From: an uncultured Truepera sp.
Lineage (GTDB): Bacteria > Deinococcota > Deinococci > Deinococcales > Trueperaceae
Direction: 5' to 3'
Assembly (NCBI GenBank): GCA_902806425.1
Contig: CADCWP010000001.1
Span: forward strand, 510-59,463
Length of the DNA stretch: 58,954 nucleotides
This document shows, in pieces, positions 20,041-30,243 of the stretch; position 1 is the first letter of the stretch, and every line of letters starts with the position of its first letter. The translations under genes and the position numbers were made by a program. The notes below the pieces were generated by a model that searched no databases, was not told the DNA's origin, and worked only from the letters and a program-made list of their open reading frames with translations.

Positions 20041-20595
20041 ATAGCCAAAGAGATGAAGGTTAACGAGCAGATTCGGGTCAGGCAGGTTCGGCTCATCGGT
20101 CTCGACGGTCAGCAGCAGGGAATCGTCGAAACGAGGGACGCGCTCCGGATGGCCCGCGAAGCTGACGTAGACTTGGTGCTCGTCGGTGAGGCCGCGCAGC
20201 CTCCTGTCGCTAAAGTGATGGACTACGGCAAATACCGCTACGAATTGCAGCAGCAGGAGAAAGAGACGCGCAAAAAGTCGCGGCAGCACGAGATGAAAGC
20301 TATCAAGTTTCGCGTCAAAATTGACGACCACGACTACGAGACCAAGGTCAACCACGTCAAACGTTTTCTTAAAGGCGGTCACAAGGTCAAACTCACCATC
20401 ATGTTCCGCGGGCGCGAACGCACCCATCCGGAACTCGGTCAGGAGATCCTTAACCGCGTTGCAAGCGACGTTTCTGACATGGCGGTCGTTGAATCTGCCC
20501 CAAACCTTGCCGGTATGGATATGAACATGGTTCTGGGTCCAACTCGGGCCGCCCCACCAAAAGAACGGGAACCCGTCGAGGGTGCCCCAGGCTAA
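20041..20595 (+). CDS. infC: Translation initiation factor IF-3 (probable ATA start)
   Basis: VNEQIRVRQVRLI, PPVAKVMDYGKYRY, IDDHDYETK, IMFRGRE; GGAGGTGA RBS 5 nt before in-frame ATA 20041. Confidence 0.95.
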   Translation: MAKEMKVNEQIRVRQVRLIGLDGQQQGIVETRDALRMAREADVDLVLVGEAAQPPVAKVMDYGKYRYELQQQEKETRKKSRQHEMKAIKFRVKIDDHDYETKVNHVKRFLKGGHKVKLTIMFRGRERTHPELGQEILNRVASDVSDMAVVESAPNLAGMDMNMVLGPTRAAPPKEREPVEGAPG

Positions 20596-20606
20596 CTAGG
20601 AGAGAC

Positions 20607-20804
20607 ATGCCGAAGCAAAAGACCCATAAGGGCACCAAAGCCCGTGTCAAAATCACAGGGCGAGGTAAGGTCAAGGCCATGCGGAGCGGAAAACGTCACC
20701 TGAACTTTAAAAAGAGTGGCAAGCGCATCCGCCAGGGCAGGACCGACCTCATCATCGCCGCACCCGACGCCAAACGTATCAAGGCGCTGCTGCCTTACGA
20801 GTGA
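20607..20804 (+). CDS. rpmI: 50S ribosomal protein L35
   Basis: MPKQKTHKG..KR..GKRHLN; synteny. Confidence 0.96.
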   Translation: MPKQKTHKGTKARVKITGRGKVKAMRSGKRHLNFKKSGKRIRQGRTDLIIAAPDAKRIKALLPYE

Positions 20805-20812
20805 GGGACTAG

Positions 20813-21163
20813 ATGCCAAGAGCCAAGACCGGCGTTGTTCGCCGCCACAAACATAAGAAGATTTTAAAACGCGCAAAGGGTTTTTGGGGAATGCGTTCAA
20901 AAAGCGTCCGCATCGCGCAGCAGACGCTCCTCAACGCAGCCGACTACGAATACCGTGACCGTCGGGACAAGAAAAACGACTTTCGCCGCCTGTGGATCAC
21001 CCGTATCAACGCTGCGTCTCGTCAAGAGGGTATGAGCTACTCCGTTTTTATGAGTGGCCTCCGCAAATCGGGTGTCGAGATCAACCGTAAGATTTTAGCT
21101 GACCTCGCCGTGCAGCATCCGGACGCGTTCAAGCGCCTTGTAGACCTCTCTAAAAGCGCGTAG
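20813..21163 (+). CDS. rplT: 50S ribosomal protein L20
   Basis: [29 protein letters not shown]. Confidence 0.97.
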   Translation: MPRAKTGVVRRHKHKKILKRAKGFWGMRSKSVRIAQQTLLNAADYEYRDRRDKKNDFRRLWITRINAASRQEGMSYSVFMSGLRKSGVEINRKILADLAVQHPDAFKRLVDLSKSA

Positions 21164-21178
21164 AGGGAAACCAACATC

Positions 21179-21205
21179 AAGAGGCCGCCTTCGAGCGGCC
21201 TCTTT
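21179..21205 (+). terminator. Intrinsic terminator after rplT
   Basis: AAGAGGCCGC-cttcga-GCGGCCTCTTT. Confidence 0.8.
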
Positions 21206-21348
21206 GCTGAATGTAAGGGGCTTAGGTCGGCGGTTAGGGGGGTGTCACGCATAAGTTTAGCGCTTGGTGCCGCAGCAAGGCCTAGTTTTTGACGCGATAT
21301 ACCATCACTACGCCAGCGTGCGCTGAGCTTGACATCTAGGCGACGACG

Positions 21349-21993
21349 CTAAACCGGTGCGGCGGTTTCGGTGCTCATATGTCGTGCGTTACCCGCTTGC
21401 GCGCCGCGCCTCAGGCCCCCCACAAATACATCTATGACTCCAGCGATTACGCGCGCCAAGCTGTAGCCCAGCTCTCGCCGCTGGTAGGCGAGTAGCGGCG
21501 CAGCAAACGACGCCAGCACCGCGTCGGCGGTAAAGGCCACGTCCTCTAGTTGGGCCTCGCCGTTCACTTGCGCTTCCTCCAAAAGCCCCACCACGCGCTC
21601 TCGAGTCCAGGTATGGTGTGACTTTCTAAAGACGTCGTACCGTCTTGCACCGGCGACCTCATGCGCGGCCAAAAACAGTGGAAGATGGGCGTCCACAAAA
21701 CGAATTTTCTCGGCCAGTAGCCACTCGAGTCGTGAGAGCGCCGGAGTGCTCAGCGCGCCGTCTAAATAGGCGTCGGCGCGCTTCCGAAATACTTCGAGGT
21801 CGTCGGCAAAGAGGGCTTCACACAGCTCGCCCTTGTCGGCGAAGCGGCGATACAGGGTCCCCTGACCAACCCCAGCAGCTCGAGCGATCTCCTGCATACT
21901 GCTCTCGTCGAGCCGGTTTTCAGCAAGTAAGTGTTTGGCTACCGTCACGATGCGCCTACGGTTTTCGGCGGCGTCACAGCGTTCACTGGGCAT
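21349..21993 (-). CDS. TetR/AcrR-family transcriptional regulator
   Basis: DAAENRRRI, SMQEIARAAGVGQGTLYRRFADK HTH; GAGGTG RBS before ATG 21993. Confidence 0.93.
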   Translation of the reverse strand: MPSERCDAAENRRRIVTVAKHLLAENRLDESSMQEIARAAGVGQGTLYRRFADKGELCEALFADDLEVFRKRADAYLDGALSTPALSRLEWLLAEKIRFVDAHLPLFLAAHEVAGARRYDVFRKSHHTWTRERVVGLLEEAQVNGEAQLEDVAFTADAVLASFAAPLLAYQRRELGYSLARVIAGVIDVFVGGLRRGAQAGNARHMSTETAAPV

Positions 21994-22082
21994 AGCCACC
22001 TCGCGTTCGGTGTGCCCGAAAAGCTGACAAGTCAAGCGTCACAACAATTTCCTTTCGTCCCTACATGGGTGGCATAGTCAGC

Positions 22083-22153
22083 AAGCGGATGCGAGTCCAC
22101 TTGACAAGTGGACGACTGTCCACTATGCTCACCTAAGCGGATAGTTGTCCGCT
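22083..22153 (+). promoter_or_regulatory. Promoter (TTGACA 22101-22106, TATGCT 22124-22129) overlapped by three palindromic operators
   Basis: AAGCGGAT-gcga-GTCCACTT, AAGTGGAC-gact-GTCCACT, AAGCGGAT-agtt-GTCCGCT; 17-nt -35/-10 spacer. Confidence 0.8.
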
Positions 22154-22329
22154 CATCATAACAGAGGCGGAGCCGTAGAACAACCAAGCCGTCAGTGTGT
22201 CTCTAGATGCGCTTACCCCCGTTTTGGACAGTGCTTCGAGCCTCCTGGGAACGACCCGAACCGACTACAACACCCGTACGAGCAAGCTCTCGGGCTTGGT
22301 GGGGTCTTTGCACCCTAAAGGACACGACC

Positions 22330-22797
22330 ATGAAAAAAGGCTTTTTGACCCTCCTCGCTCCCGCCTTAACCCTCAGCTTGAGCAGCGCCCAACCGGAGCC
22401 CACCACACCTGTTCTCGATCACGCCAGTCCCGTCGCCGCGCCGGGCTACCTAGGGCTCTCCTTCAACAGGGGCGAGCTTCGGGTCCGTTTAAGTGATGTT
22501 CAAGCCGCACACCTGTCCCCCAAGTTTCAAACAGTAGGGCTCAAGCAGGGACAGCCCGACACGGGATTCAGGGCGGTTCACGCCGACACCAGTCTGACCG
22601 AGATCGTGAACTACTACTGGAGCAGGTTAGCCGAACTGGGTTTTGAGAGTTCAGTCGCTACCACCGACCGCTACCGCGTTGTCTACGCCTTCAGAAACGG
22701 CGAACGTGAGCTGACCGCCATCTTTACCCAGCAGAGCGCCGCCGTTGTGGCCGACCTTTCGTGGCCCCTAGAGGCGTTGGCAACTACTGCTCCTTAA
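22330..22797 (+). CDS. Secreted hypothetical protein
   Basis: AAAGGA RBS; signal peptide MKKGFLTLLAPALTLSLSSA; divergent from TetR. Confidence 0.75.
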   Translation: MKKGFLTLLAPALTLSLSSAQPEPTTPVLDHASPVAAPGYLGLSFNRGELRVRLSDVQAAHLSPKFQTVGLKQGQPDTGFRAVHADTSLTEIVNYYWSRLAELGFESSVATTDRYRVVYAFRNGERELTAIFTQQSAAVVADLSWPLEALATTAP

Positions 22798-23110
22798 GCG
22801 GTTCCGCACTCAAGAACGAGGTAATGTAACCCTATAGACTACAGTGTGTGGTAACAGCTACTCTAAGGGCGCTCCATAATCACCACGACGTGCCAAACGC
22901 CGTTTAACCGACCGTGCCGTGACCTTGCCGGTTGCTGCTGAGAGGTGACGGTAGACTACATTAAAGACGACGCTTAACGGCCTTGCCAAAAAAGGTTCGA
23001 GTCTCTAGACCCTGTCTCTGCTCCCCGAATGTAAACCATAAGCTCTGGGGTCGCTACGCGCGCCTCTACACCTTAGTTAGTTATGGTCGCAATTTACACG
23101 GCTGTCTTCG

Positions 23111-23195
23111 CTGTGCCTGCTGGAGTGGTTAAACGGGCGGTCATCTAAGGACCTATCCGTAAAATGCTTTTCGTCGTTCTACACAAGGGCTGAAG
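23111..23195 (+). pseudogene. Possible degenerate class II tRNA-like relic with CTA in the anticodon position
   Basis: Well-formed D-arm and 4-bp anticodon stem, GTTCTACAC T-loop-like element; acceptor and T stems mostly unpaired. Confidence 0.25.
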
Positions 23196-23310
23196 TCTTT
23201 GAGCTGGTGCGAGGACCGGCCCCTTATCCAGGCTCGAGTCTCGAGAAGATCTACAAAACCGGCAATGTAGGAGTGACGAGACAAAGCGAGCAGATGGTCT
23301 AAAATTGGTA

Positions 23311-23340
23311 AAGAAATACCCCCGGTGAAAAACCAGGGGT
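23311..23340 (-). terminator. Terminator downstream of tRNA-Ser
   Basis: ACCCCTGGT-N5-ACCGGGGGT followed by ATTTCTT on the minus strand. Confidence 0.65.
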
Positions 23341-23357
23341 TGCGTTTCCTGCCTCTA

Positions 23358-23448
<91 letters not shown>

Positions 23449-23462
23449 GGGCGGCAAGGGGG

Positions 23463-23491
23463 AGTATACCCTACTTCAGCGGCGTTGTCAC
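23463..23491 (-). promoter_or_regulatory. Promoter of tRNA-Ser
   Basis: GTGACA-17 nt-TATACT. Confidence 0.6.
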
Positions 23492-25140
23492 GTAACCTTG
23501 AGAGGGCGCTGCGCCGCAAAAAAGTTCTTCAGCAACCTCTCGGCGTCGTGGGCCAGAACGCCCGAGCGGACCTCCAGGGTGCGTTTCCAAGGATGATCGC
23601 GCAGGTCGGTGACGCCACCTAACGCTCCTTCGCGGCGGTTCGGCGCGCCATAGACGACGCGGGGCAGATGTGCGGTTAAGGCCGCGCCGAAGCACATGGG
23701 GCAGGGCTCGAGCGTCACGTAGAGCGTGCAATCCTCTAAGCGCCAGTCACCGAGCACCCGGGCCGCCTCCCGCAACGCTCTTAGTTCAGCGTGCGCGGTC
23801 GGGTCGGCCTCGGACCGGGACATGTTGGCCGCCTCCGCTACGAGTGTGCCGCGTCGCACCACAACCGCTCCCACGGGAACCTCACCGGCTTGCGCCGCCT
23901 GCTCAGCTTGTACCAACGCGCGCCTCAGCCACGGCACGTCCGGGTCCGGGGTCGATGTGGCGACCCGCACGTCGGCGGCGACGCCCTCGATCCAGAGCAC
24001 CTCCGACGGGCCGACCGGGTGCGTCGCCAGCACCCTCAGCGACCTCAGCTCACGCGGCACCTTGCGGTCGATAAGGAGGTCGGACACCCCTTTGCGGCCC
24101 CCCATGAGACGGATGGAGTCACCGGGGACGCGGATACGGTAGTGAAGCGCGGGGAACGCCGCCAGTTTTATCGGGTCGAGTTCGGCGGGCAGGGCGTCGG
24201 GCACTTTGGGCGGTTGGGGCCGTTCCGCGTGCGAGACGACCTCGAGCCGTCCGTAAGCGATCCGAGCCTGTCTACCTCTCGGCAGAGAGACCCGTACGGG
24301 CTCGACCGCGCCCAGGTTGTGGCGAATCGCCTCGATGTGCAGGGCGTCCGGTGGCACGCCCGCGTCTCCCAAAAGGGTGGCGATAGCCGTGCGTTGCAGG
24401 GCCGGGTGTTCACGGTTTAGACCATTAAGCTCGAGCCCGCCCTCACGAAACAGCTGCCGCGCCTGCGCCCGCAGCATCTGCGCCTGATCGTATTGGAGGT
24501 CAGCAAGCCGCGCGAGCGTCCCGCTGACGTGCGGGTAACGTTTTTCTAGGGGAGGCAGCACCTCACGGCGTAGCCAAGCCCGCGTGCGCCGGGTGTCGGC
24601 GTTCGTGGCGTCCTCGTGGTACAGCTGGTCTAAAGTTTCTAGATACGCGCGGAGCTGTCCGCGGGACACACCGAGCAAGGGTCGCACAATCCGGCCTCGG
24701 CGCGGCGGTATCCCGGTCAGGTAGGCCGCGCCGCGTAGAAGCTGCATCAGCACTGTTTCGGCCTGATCGTCCTGGGTGTGCGCGGTGAGGACGGCGTCGG
24801 CCCCGACGCGTTTGGCCGTACGCGTTAGAAACTCGTAGCGGAGACGGCGCGCGGCGTCCTCAAGGTTCCAGCCCCTACTCTCAGCGACGCGGGCGACGTC
24901 TATCCGAGCTGTGTGACAGGGCACGTCTAGGGCTTCACAAAGGGCCCTGACGAACGCCGCGTCGTTTCCCGAGTCGGGCCTCAGCGCGTGATCTACGTGA
25001 CCGACCACGAGCCGGTACGGGCTGGGCACGAGCAGCCGCAGGAGCGCCACCGAGTCTCCCCCACCCGAGACCGCCACGAGTAGCGTGCGGGCGTCGGGTA
25101 CAAGCGCTGAAACGGCGCTCACGACGTTCTGGGTGTCCAC
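23488..25140 (-). CDS. tilS: tRNA(Ile)-lysidine synthetase fused to a C-terminal TadA-type tRNA adenosine deaminase
   Basis: PP-loop [30 protein letters not shown]; C-terminal [22 protein letters not shown]. Confidence 0.93.
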   Translation of the reverse strand: MDTQNVVSAVSALVPDARTLLVAVSGGGDSVALLRLLVPSPYRLVVGHVDHALRPDSGNDAAFVRALCEALDVPCHTARIDVARVAESRGWNLEDAARRLRYEFLTRTAKRVGADAVLTAHTQDDQAETVLMQLLRGAAYLTGIPPRRGRIVRPLLGVSRGQLRAYLETLDQLYHEDATNADTRRTRAWLRREVLPPLEKRYPHVSGTLARLADLQYDQAQMLRAQARQLFREGGLELNGLNREHPALQRTAIATLLGDAGVPPDALHIEAIRHNLGAVEPVRVSLPRGRQARIAYGRLEVVSHAERPQPPKVPDALPAELDPIKLAAFPALHYRIRVPGDSIRLMGGRKGVSDLLIDRKVPRELRSLRVLATHPVGPSEVLWIEGVAADVRVATSTPDPDVPWLRRALVQAEQAAQAGEVPVGAVVVRRGTLVAEAANMSRSEADPTAHAELRALREAARVLGDWRLEDCTLYVTLEPCPMCFGAALTAHLPRVVYGAPNRREGALGGVTDLRDHPWKRTLEVRSGVLAHDAERLLKNFFAAQRPLKVT

Positions 25141-25187
25141 CCCGCTATTATGCCCCGCTTACCTGTACGCCTCACTATACTGGGGTC

Positions 25188-26351
25188 ATGACCGTGACCC
25201 TGATCGTGCTCGATTCGGTAGGCGTCGGTGCCCTGCCCGACGCGGCCAACTTCGGCGACACCGGCGCGCACACCCTCGACCACACGCTGTTGGGGACGGG
25301 GACGACGCTCCCCAACTTCGCGGCGCTGGGGCTTGGACAGGTCGCCGGGGTAGCGTCGCTGAGGACGTCGGTATCTCCCCGAGCGTCCTATGGTCGGCTC
25401 GCCGAGGTCTCCCCCGGCAAGGACACGACGACCGGCCACTGGGAGTTTATGGGCGTGACCCTGACCCACGCCTTTCAGACGTTCTCCAAGTTTCCCGACG
25501 AGGTGATGGCCGCCTTTGACGCCCTCACCGGGCGGGGTCATCTCGGCAACGTGCCCGCGTCGGGTACCACCATTTTGGACGCGTTGGGCGAGACGCACCT
25601 GCAAACGGGTGAGCCTATCGTCTATACAAGCGCGGACAGTGTTTTTCAGATCGCTGCCCACGTCGAGAAGGTGCCGCTGGGGACGCTCTACAGGTGGTGC
25701 GAGGGGGCGCGAAAACTTTTGCAGGGCGAACACGCCGTCGCCCGCGTGATCGCGCGCCCCTTTACCGGAACACCGGGGGGCTTCCGCCGTCTGGGGGAGG
25801 CGAGGCGCGACTACTCCCTGACGCCACCGCACGAAACGGTATTAGATGTGCTTAAAGCCGCCGGGCGAGAGGTCGTCGGGATCGGCAAGATTCCGGACAT
25901 CTATAACCATCAGGGCTTTACGCGTGAAGTCCATACCGACTCGAACATGGACGGCGTCGACAAGACGCTCGCTGAGATGTCGCGGCGTCCGGACGGATTG
26001 GTCTTTTGCAACCTGGTCGAATTTGATTCACTCTACGGTCACCGCCGCGACCCTGAGGGCTACGCGGGCGCGCTTCAAGAGACCGACGCGCGGCTGCCCG
26101 AGCTGCTAAACGCCGTCGGGCCTGAAGACTGGCTGCTGTTCGTCTCCGACCACGGCAACGACCCGACCCACAGGGGTACCGATCACACACGCGAATACGG
26201 GCTGCTGCTGGCCTACAGCCCCGGTGTAGCGGCCGAAGACCTGGGTACACGCTCGAGCTTCGCGGACGTAGGGGCGACGGTTGCGGAGCTTTTAGGGGTA
26301 GCGTGGGCAGGCAAGGGCTCGAGCTTCGCCCAAGAACTGCGCGGAGCTTAG
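25188..26351 (+). CDS. deoB: Phosphopentomutase
   Basis: [51 protein letters not shown]. Confidence 0.96.
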   Translation: MTVTLIVLDSVGVGALPDAANFGDTGAHTLDHTLLGTGTTLPNFAALGLGQVAGVASLRTSVSPRASYGRLAEVSPGKDTTTGHWEFMGVTLTHAFQTFSKFPDEVMAAFDALTGRGHLGNVPASGTTILDALGETHLQTGEPIVYTSADSVFQIAAHVEKVPLGTLYRWCEGARKLLQGEHAVARVIARPFTGTPGGFRRLGEARRDYSLTPPHETVLDVLKAAGREVVGIGKIPDIYNHQGFTREVHTDSNMDGVDKTLAEMSRRPDGLVFCNLVEFDSLYGHRRDPEGYAGALQETDARLPELLNAVGPEDWLLFVSDHGNDPTHRGTDHTREYGLLLAYSPGVAAEDLGTRSSFADVGATVAELLGVAWAGKGSSFAQELRGA

Positions 26352-26983
26352 CGAAAAAAGCATGGCAGCGTCCGCAACGAGGCGAGTGCTAAACCGAGCA
26401 CGGCGAAGAGCAGATAACTGTCGAGAGTTACCGGGTTGGCCTCTGACCAGGCGGTCGCAAGTGCCTCCACCTGCGTCTCCCCCAGCGAAGTCAGCCGCGT
26501 CTCGAGCCTAGTGAGCGTACGCGCCTGAAAGATGTCGCCGACCGACTCCGCGTAACGGCCCTCCAGCAGGGCGGTTCCGTAAGGAACGTTCGCGGCAAAC
26601 ACCCCGACCTGCGCTGAGGCGACGTAGGTATACGAACCCTCCGGAAATCCTAAGTACGTTCGGGGATCTAAAAAGCGGGCGTAGAGGTCCAGCAGAACGT
26701 ACCCCTTCGAGGTCAAGCAGTCCGTTTCGTAGGGGACGCGCTCGGCCTCGAGGGTCGTCTGCAACGTCCTTAAAACCGCCTCTCGCACCCGCTGGCCCGC
26801 GTTCGGGAGTGACGCACCCTCGAGCCTGAGCTGGACCGACGACGGCTGCACGCAGAGCACGGTCCCGCCTAGTTGCGGCGCGGGCGCGCCGTGATCAGCC
26901 CAAGCGAAAGAGAGGAGTCCAAACAGCCCGAACGAACGTGCAACACGCGCCGCAACTAGAGTTGGATGAACTGACAACAGCAA
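26348..26983 (-). CDS. Hypothetical exported protein with C-terminal membrane anchor
   Basis: Signal-like N-terminus, C-terminal hydrophobic helix; start uncertain because it overlaps the rplQ terminator. Confidence 0.6.
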   Translation of the reverse strand: MLLSVHPTLVAARVARSFGLFGLLSFAWADHGAPAPQLGGTVLCVQPSSVQLRLEGASLPNAGQRVREAVLRTLQTTLEAERVPYETDCLTSKGYVLLDLYARFLDPRTYLGFPEGSYTYVASAQVGVFAANVPYGTALLEGRYAESVGDIFQARTLTRLETRLTSLGETQVEALATAWSEANPVTLDSYLLFAVLGLALASLRTLPCFFR

Positions 26984-27010
26984 AAAAGCTCCCGGAATCT
27001 TCCGAGAGCT
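26982..27010 (-). terminator. Intrinsic terminator ending the ribosomal superoperon
   Basis: AGCTCTCGGA-agat-TCCGGGAGCT followed by a T-tract on the minus strand. Confidence 0.85.
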
Positions 27011-27024
27011 ATCGTAACACTGCC

Positions 27025-27387
27025 CTACGCTGCGCTGGTGACGAGTTCGATAAGCGCTTCCTGGGCACCGTCGCCGCGCCGGGTCTCGAGGCGGTAGATG
27101 CGCGTGTAACCACCCGGACGGGCGCTAAACGAAGGGGCTATCTCGTCCATAAGTTTGCGGACAACCACGACATCGTGAATTTCACGCAGCACCAGGCGGC
27201 GCGCGTGCAGGTCGCCACCCTTAGCGGTGGTGATAAGTTTTTCAACATAGGGGCGCAGGTTTTTGGCCTTGGCGACCGTTGTCTTGATGCGACCGTGACG
27301 AAACAGCGAGGTCGCCTGCGACCGCGCGAGGGCGATGCGGTGGCTGCTGTTGCGGTTAAGCTTGCGCCCGCTGGACATATGTCTCAC
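27025..27387 (-). CDS. rplQ: 50S ribosomal protein L17
   Basis: [28 protein letters not shown]. Confidence 0.97.
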   Translation of the reverse strand: MRHMSSGRKLNRNSSHRIALARSQATSLFRHGRIKTTVAKAKNLRPYVEKLITTAKGGDLHARRLVLREIHDVVVVRKLMDEIAPSFSARPGGYTRIYRLETRRGDGAQEALIELVTSAA

Positions 27388-27389
27388 AA

Positions 27390-28337
27390 CTACTCCTTAA
27401 GTTCAAAACCCTGCGCTTGCAGGCGCTCTTTAATCTCTTCGAGCGACTTGTCACCGACACCGCCGACCTTTTTAAGGTCGCGTTCGGACAACGCTAACAG
27501 CGCGTCGACCGAGTCGATGCCTTCTTCTTGAAGCGAGTGCAGCACGCGGCTCGAGAGCTCGAGGCTTTCGAGGGTGACGCGGGCACCTTCACCCCGGCCC
27601 ATAGCTGCTGGGTCCGAGACGACCGCGCTCGAGGTCGTCGGCGCGGCCAGCACCGGCACCGGCTCCTCGAACTCGCCGCCGCTAAAAACCGACAACTGGT
27701 TGCGCAGCGTTTCTACCGCACTCTCGAGGGCCTCGCGGGGGCTGACGCTGCCGTCCGTCCAGACGCGCAGGACCAGTCGGTCGAGGTCAGTCTTTTGCCC
27801 GACCCGTGTATCTTCGACGCGGTAGGCGACGCGGCGCACGGGGGTAAAGACCGCGTCGACCGGAATCGAGTTGATGCGATCTTTGGTCGCGTGAATTTCC
27901 GCTGGGACGTAGCCGACGCCCGGCTCGACGCGCACCTCCATGACCAGCTTGCCGCCTTCGGTCAGCGTCGCCAAATAGAGGTCGGGGTTGACCACCGACG
28001 CGCCCATCGGCACCTCGAAGTCGGCAGCGGTCACAGTCCCTGCACGCTCGGCGCGCAGGGTCAGCGTGACAGGCTCGTTGTCATGCAGCTTGACGACCAA
28101 CTCTTTAAGGTTGAGGATAAGCTGCATGACGTCCTCTTTAACCCCGCCTATGGTCGAGAACTCGTGCAGCACGTCCTCGATATAGACGCTTGTAACCGCT
28201 GTGCCCGCAACCGACGAGAGCAAAATGCGCCGCAAGGGGTTGCCAATCGTGACGCCGTAACCCCTTGGCAGCGGCTCCACGACGAACTCGCCGTACTGTT
28301 CGCCTACACGGGCCTTAAATTCAGGTGTGATCTGCAC
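27390..28337 (-). CDS. rpoA: RNA polymerase subunit alpha
   Basis: [40 protein letters not shown], alpha-CTD. Confidence 0.98.
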   Translation of the reverse strand: MQITPEFKARVGEQYGEFVVEPLPRGYGVTIGNPLRRILLSSVAGTAVTSVYIEDVLHEFSTIGGVKEDVMQLILNLKELVVKLHDNEPVTLTLRAERAGTVTAADFEVPMGASVVNPDLYLATLTEGGKLVMEVRVEPGVGYVPAEIHATKDRINSIPVDAVFTPVRRVAYRVEDTRVGQKTDLDRLVLRVWTDGSVSPREALESAVETLRNQLSVFSGGEFEEPVPVLAAPTTSSAVVSDPAAMGRGEGARVTLESLELSSRVLHSLQEEGIDSVDALLALSERDLKKVGGVGDKSLEEIKERLQAQGFELKE

Positions 28338-28373
28338 CGTAAACTCCTGTTCTCCAGACCGGATGTCTAGGCG

Positions 28374-28991
28374 CTAGCGTGAGTAGTACTCGATGACCTG
28401 AAGCTCGTTGACCGGGACGGTCAGGTCCTCACGGGCAGGCAGGCGCTGAAACCGGCCCTTGAGGCTTTCGGCGTCGAACTCGAGCCACGGGCTTATGCGG
28501 CCCCGGCGGCGCGCCTCGACGTTCGCCTTGATAACGTCGTTTGTGCGGCTTTTCGTTGCCACGGCGATTTCGTCCCCCGGTTTGACGCGGAATGAGGGAA
28601 CGTCGACGGGTTTGCCGTTGACCGTGATGTGCTTATGCGAGACGAACTGACGTCCTTGACGGCGGGTGTGCGCGATGCCCAAACGGAACACCACGTTGTC
28701 GAGCCGGGACTCCAAGAGTTGCAGAAACACCGCGCCCGTCGCACCCTGCTGGCGCACCGCGTCGTCGAAAAGCGTGCGGAACTGCTTTTCACTCATGTTG
28801 TAAAGGCGGCGCAGCTTCTGTTTTTCGCGCAGACGCACCCCGTAGTCCGAAATCTTGCGGCCCCGGCGCTGCCCGTGCTGTCCCGGAGGGTAGGGGCGGC
28901 GCTCCATGTACTTCTGAACTTTTGGCGTCTCCGCTAAGTTAACCCCTTCGCGGCGGCTTAGTTTGACGATTGGTTCCCTCTGACGACCCAT
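28374..28991 (-). CDS. rpsD: 30S ribosomal protein S4
   Basis: [27 protein letters not shown]; no Zn-binding cysteines. Confidence 0.98.
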   Translation of the reverse strand: MGRQREPIVKLSRREGVNLAETPKVQKYMERRPYPPGQHGQRRGRKISDYGVRLREKQKLRRLYNMSEKQFRTLFDDAVRQQGATGAVFLQLLESRLDNVVFRLGIAHTRRQGRQFVSHKHITVNGKPVDVPSFRVKPGDEIAVATKSRTNDVIKANVEARRRGRISPWLEFDAESLKGRFQRLPAREDLTVPVNELQVIEYYSR

Positions 28992-29042
28992 ATCTCTCCC
29001 TACTTTACGAGGCGCGCAGCCTCGAGCTGGTGGTTTTAACCG

Positions 29043-29438
29043 CTACTTCAAACGCTGGCGCTTGGTAAGGCGGCAACCGTTATGCGCAACCGGCGTTGCG
29101 TCGATGATCGAGCGCACGTTGACGCCCGTCGCCTGAATTGAACGGATCGCCTGTTCACGGCCGGAGCCGGTTCCGCGAATCACGATGTCGATCTGGCTGA
29201 CGCCCATGTTCTGCGCTTTGCGAGTGGCGTCGGCGGCGGCAAGCTGCGCGGCGTACGGGGTACCTTTTTTCGAGCCCTTGTAGCCGATGCTGCCCGAACT
29301 CGACCAGGCTACGGTGTTGCCGTCCATATCGGTCACCGTAACGATGGTGTTGTTGTACGAAGCGTGGATATAAACCTTGCCTTCGGCGAGATTACGCCTG
29401 ACACGCTTTTTAGTCCTGTTAGCAGCCTGTTTACTCAT
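29043..29438 (-). CDS. rpsK: 30S ribosomal protein S11
   Basis: HASYNNTIVT, KGTPYAAQ, PVAHNGCR. Confidence 0.98.
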   Translation of the reverse strand: MSKQAANRTKKRVRRNLAEGKVYIHASYNNTIVTVTDMDGNTVAWSSSGSIGYKGSKKGTPYAAQLAAADATRKAQNMGVSQIDIVIRGTGSGREQAIRSIQATGVNVRSIIDATPVAHNGCRLTKRQRLK

Positions 29439-29447
29439 GGCAACCCC

Positions 29448-29828
29448 TTACTTCTTCGCGGCTTTCTTTTTACCGGCGACGGTGCGGCGCGGGCCCTTAC
29501 GGGTGCGGGCGTTTGTCTTCGACGACTGACCACGGACCGGCAGGCCGCGGCGGTGCCGCAAACCCCGGTAACAACCGATGTCCATCAGCCGCTTGATGTT
29601 GAGCTGAATCTCGCGGCGAAGGTCGCCTTCGACTTTATAGGTCTTTTCGACGATTTCGCGGAGGCGGGCGACCTCGGTTTCAGCAAGGTCCTTAACGCGG
29701 GTGTCGGGGCTGACGCCCGCTTCCGCCAAGACCTGCTGCGAGCGGGCGAGACCGATGCCAAAGATGTAAGGAAGCGCGTACTCGATGCGCTTGTCACGCG
29801 GAAGGTCGATGCCAGCAATTCGCGCCAC
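29448..29828 (-). CDS. rpsM: 30S ribosomal protein S13
   Basis: [24 protein letters not shown]; GTG start 29828. Confidence 0.97.
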   Translation of the reverse strand: MARIAGIDLPRDKRIEYALPYIFGIGLARSQQVLAEAGVSPDTRVKDLAETEVARLREIVEKTYKVEGDLRREIQLNIKRLMDIGCYRGLRHRRGLPVRGQSSKTNARTRKGPRRTVAGKKKAAKK

Positions 29829-29829
29829 G

Positions 29830-29946
29830 TTATCCCTGCCTTTGCTTGTGCTTCGGGTTGACCGAGCAGATGACGAAGACTTTGCCGTGGCGACGGACGA
29901 CTTTACACTTGTCGCAGATCGGCTTGACGGACGCACGTACTTTCAT
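29830..29946 (-). CDS. rpmJ: 50S ribosomal protein L36 (absent from ORF track)
   Basis: Translates [38 protein letters not shown]. Confidence 0.97.
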   Translation of the reverse strand: MKVRASVKPICDKCKVVRRHGKVFVICSVNPKHKQRQG

Positions 29947-29961
29947 GGGTTCTCCTGCCCT

Positions 29962-30243
29962 CTACTTTCGGTAGACGATTCGGCCCTTTTCAGGGTCGTA
30001 GGTGCTGATCTCTAAAACGACGCGGTCGCCAGGGAGAATGCGGATATAGTGCCGCCGCATCTTGCCGCCGACGTGCGCCAAAATCTCAGGCCCAGCGTCC
30101 AGCTGAACCAAAAAGGTGGTGTTGGGGCGAGCCTCGAGCACGACACCCTCGGTGCGGATGGTGTCTTGCGTCGTCTCCTCAGGGCGCTCGGGGCGCTCTT
30201 TGGGTGGGCCTCTGCGGCCTCCACCTGATCCTCTACGCGCCAC
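29962..30243 (-). CDS. infA: Translation initiation factor IF-1 with N-terminal extension
   Basis: [32 protein letters not shown]; AGGAGG RBS before GTG 30243. Confidence 0.95.
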   Translation of the reverse strand: MARRGSGGGRRGPPKERPERPEETTQDTIRTEGVVLEARPNTTFLVQLDAGPEILAHVGGKMRRHYIRILPGDRVVLEISTYDPEKGRIVYRK

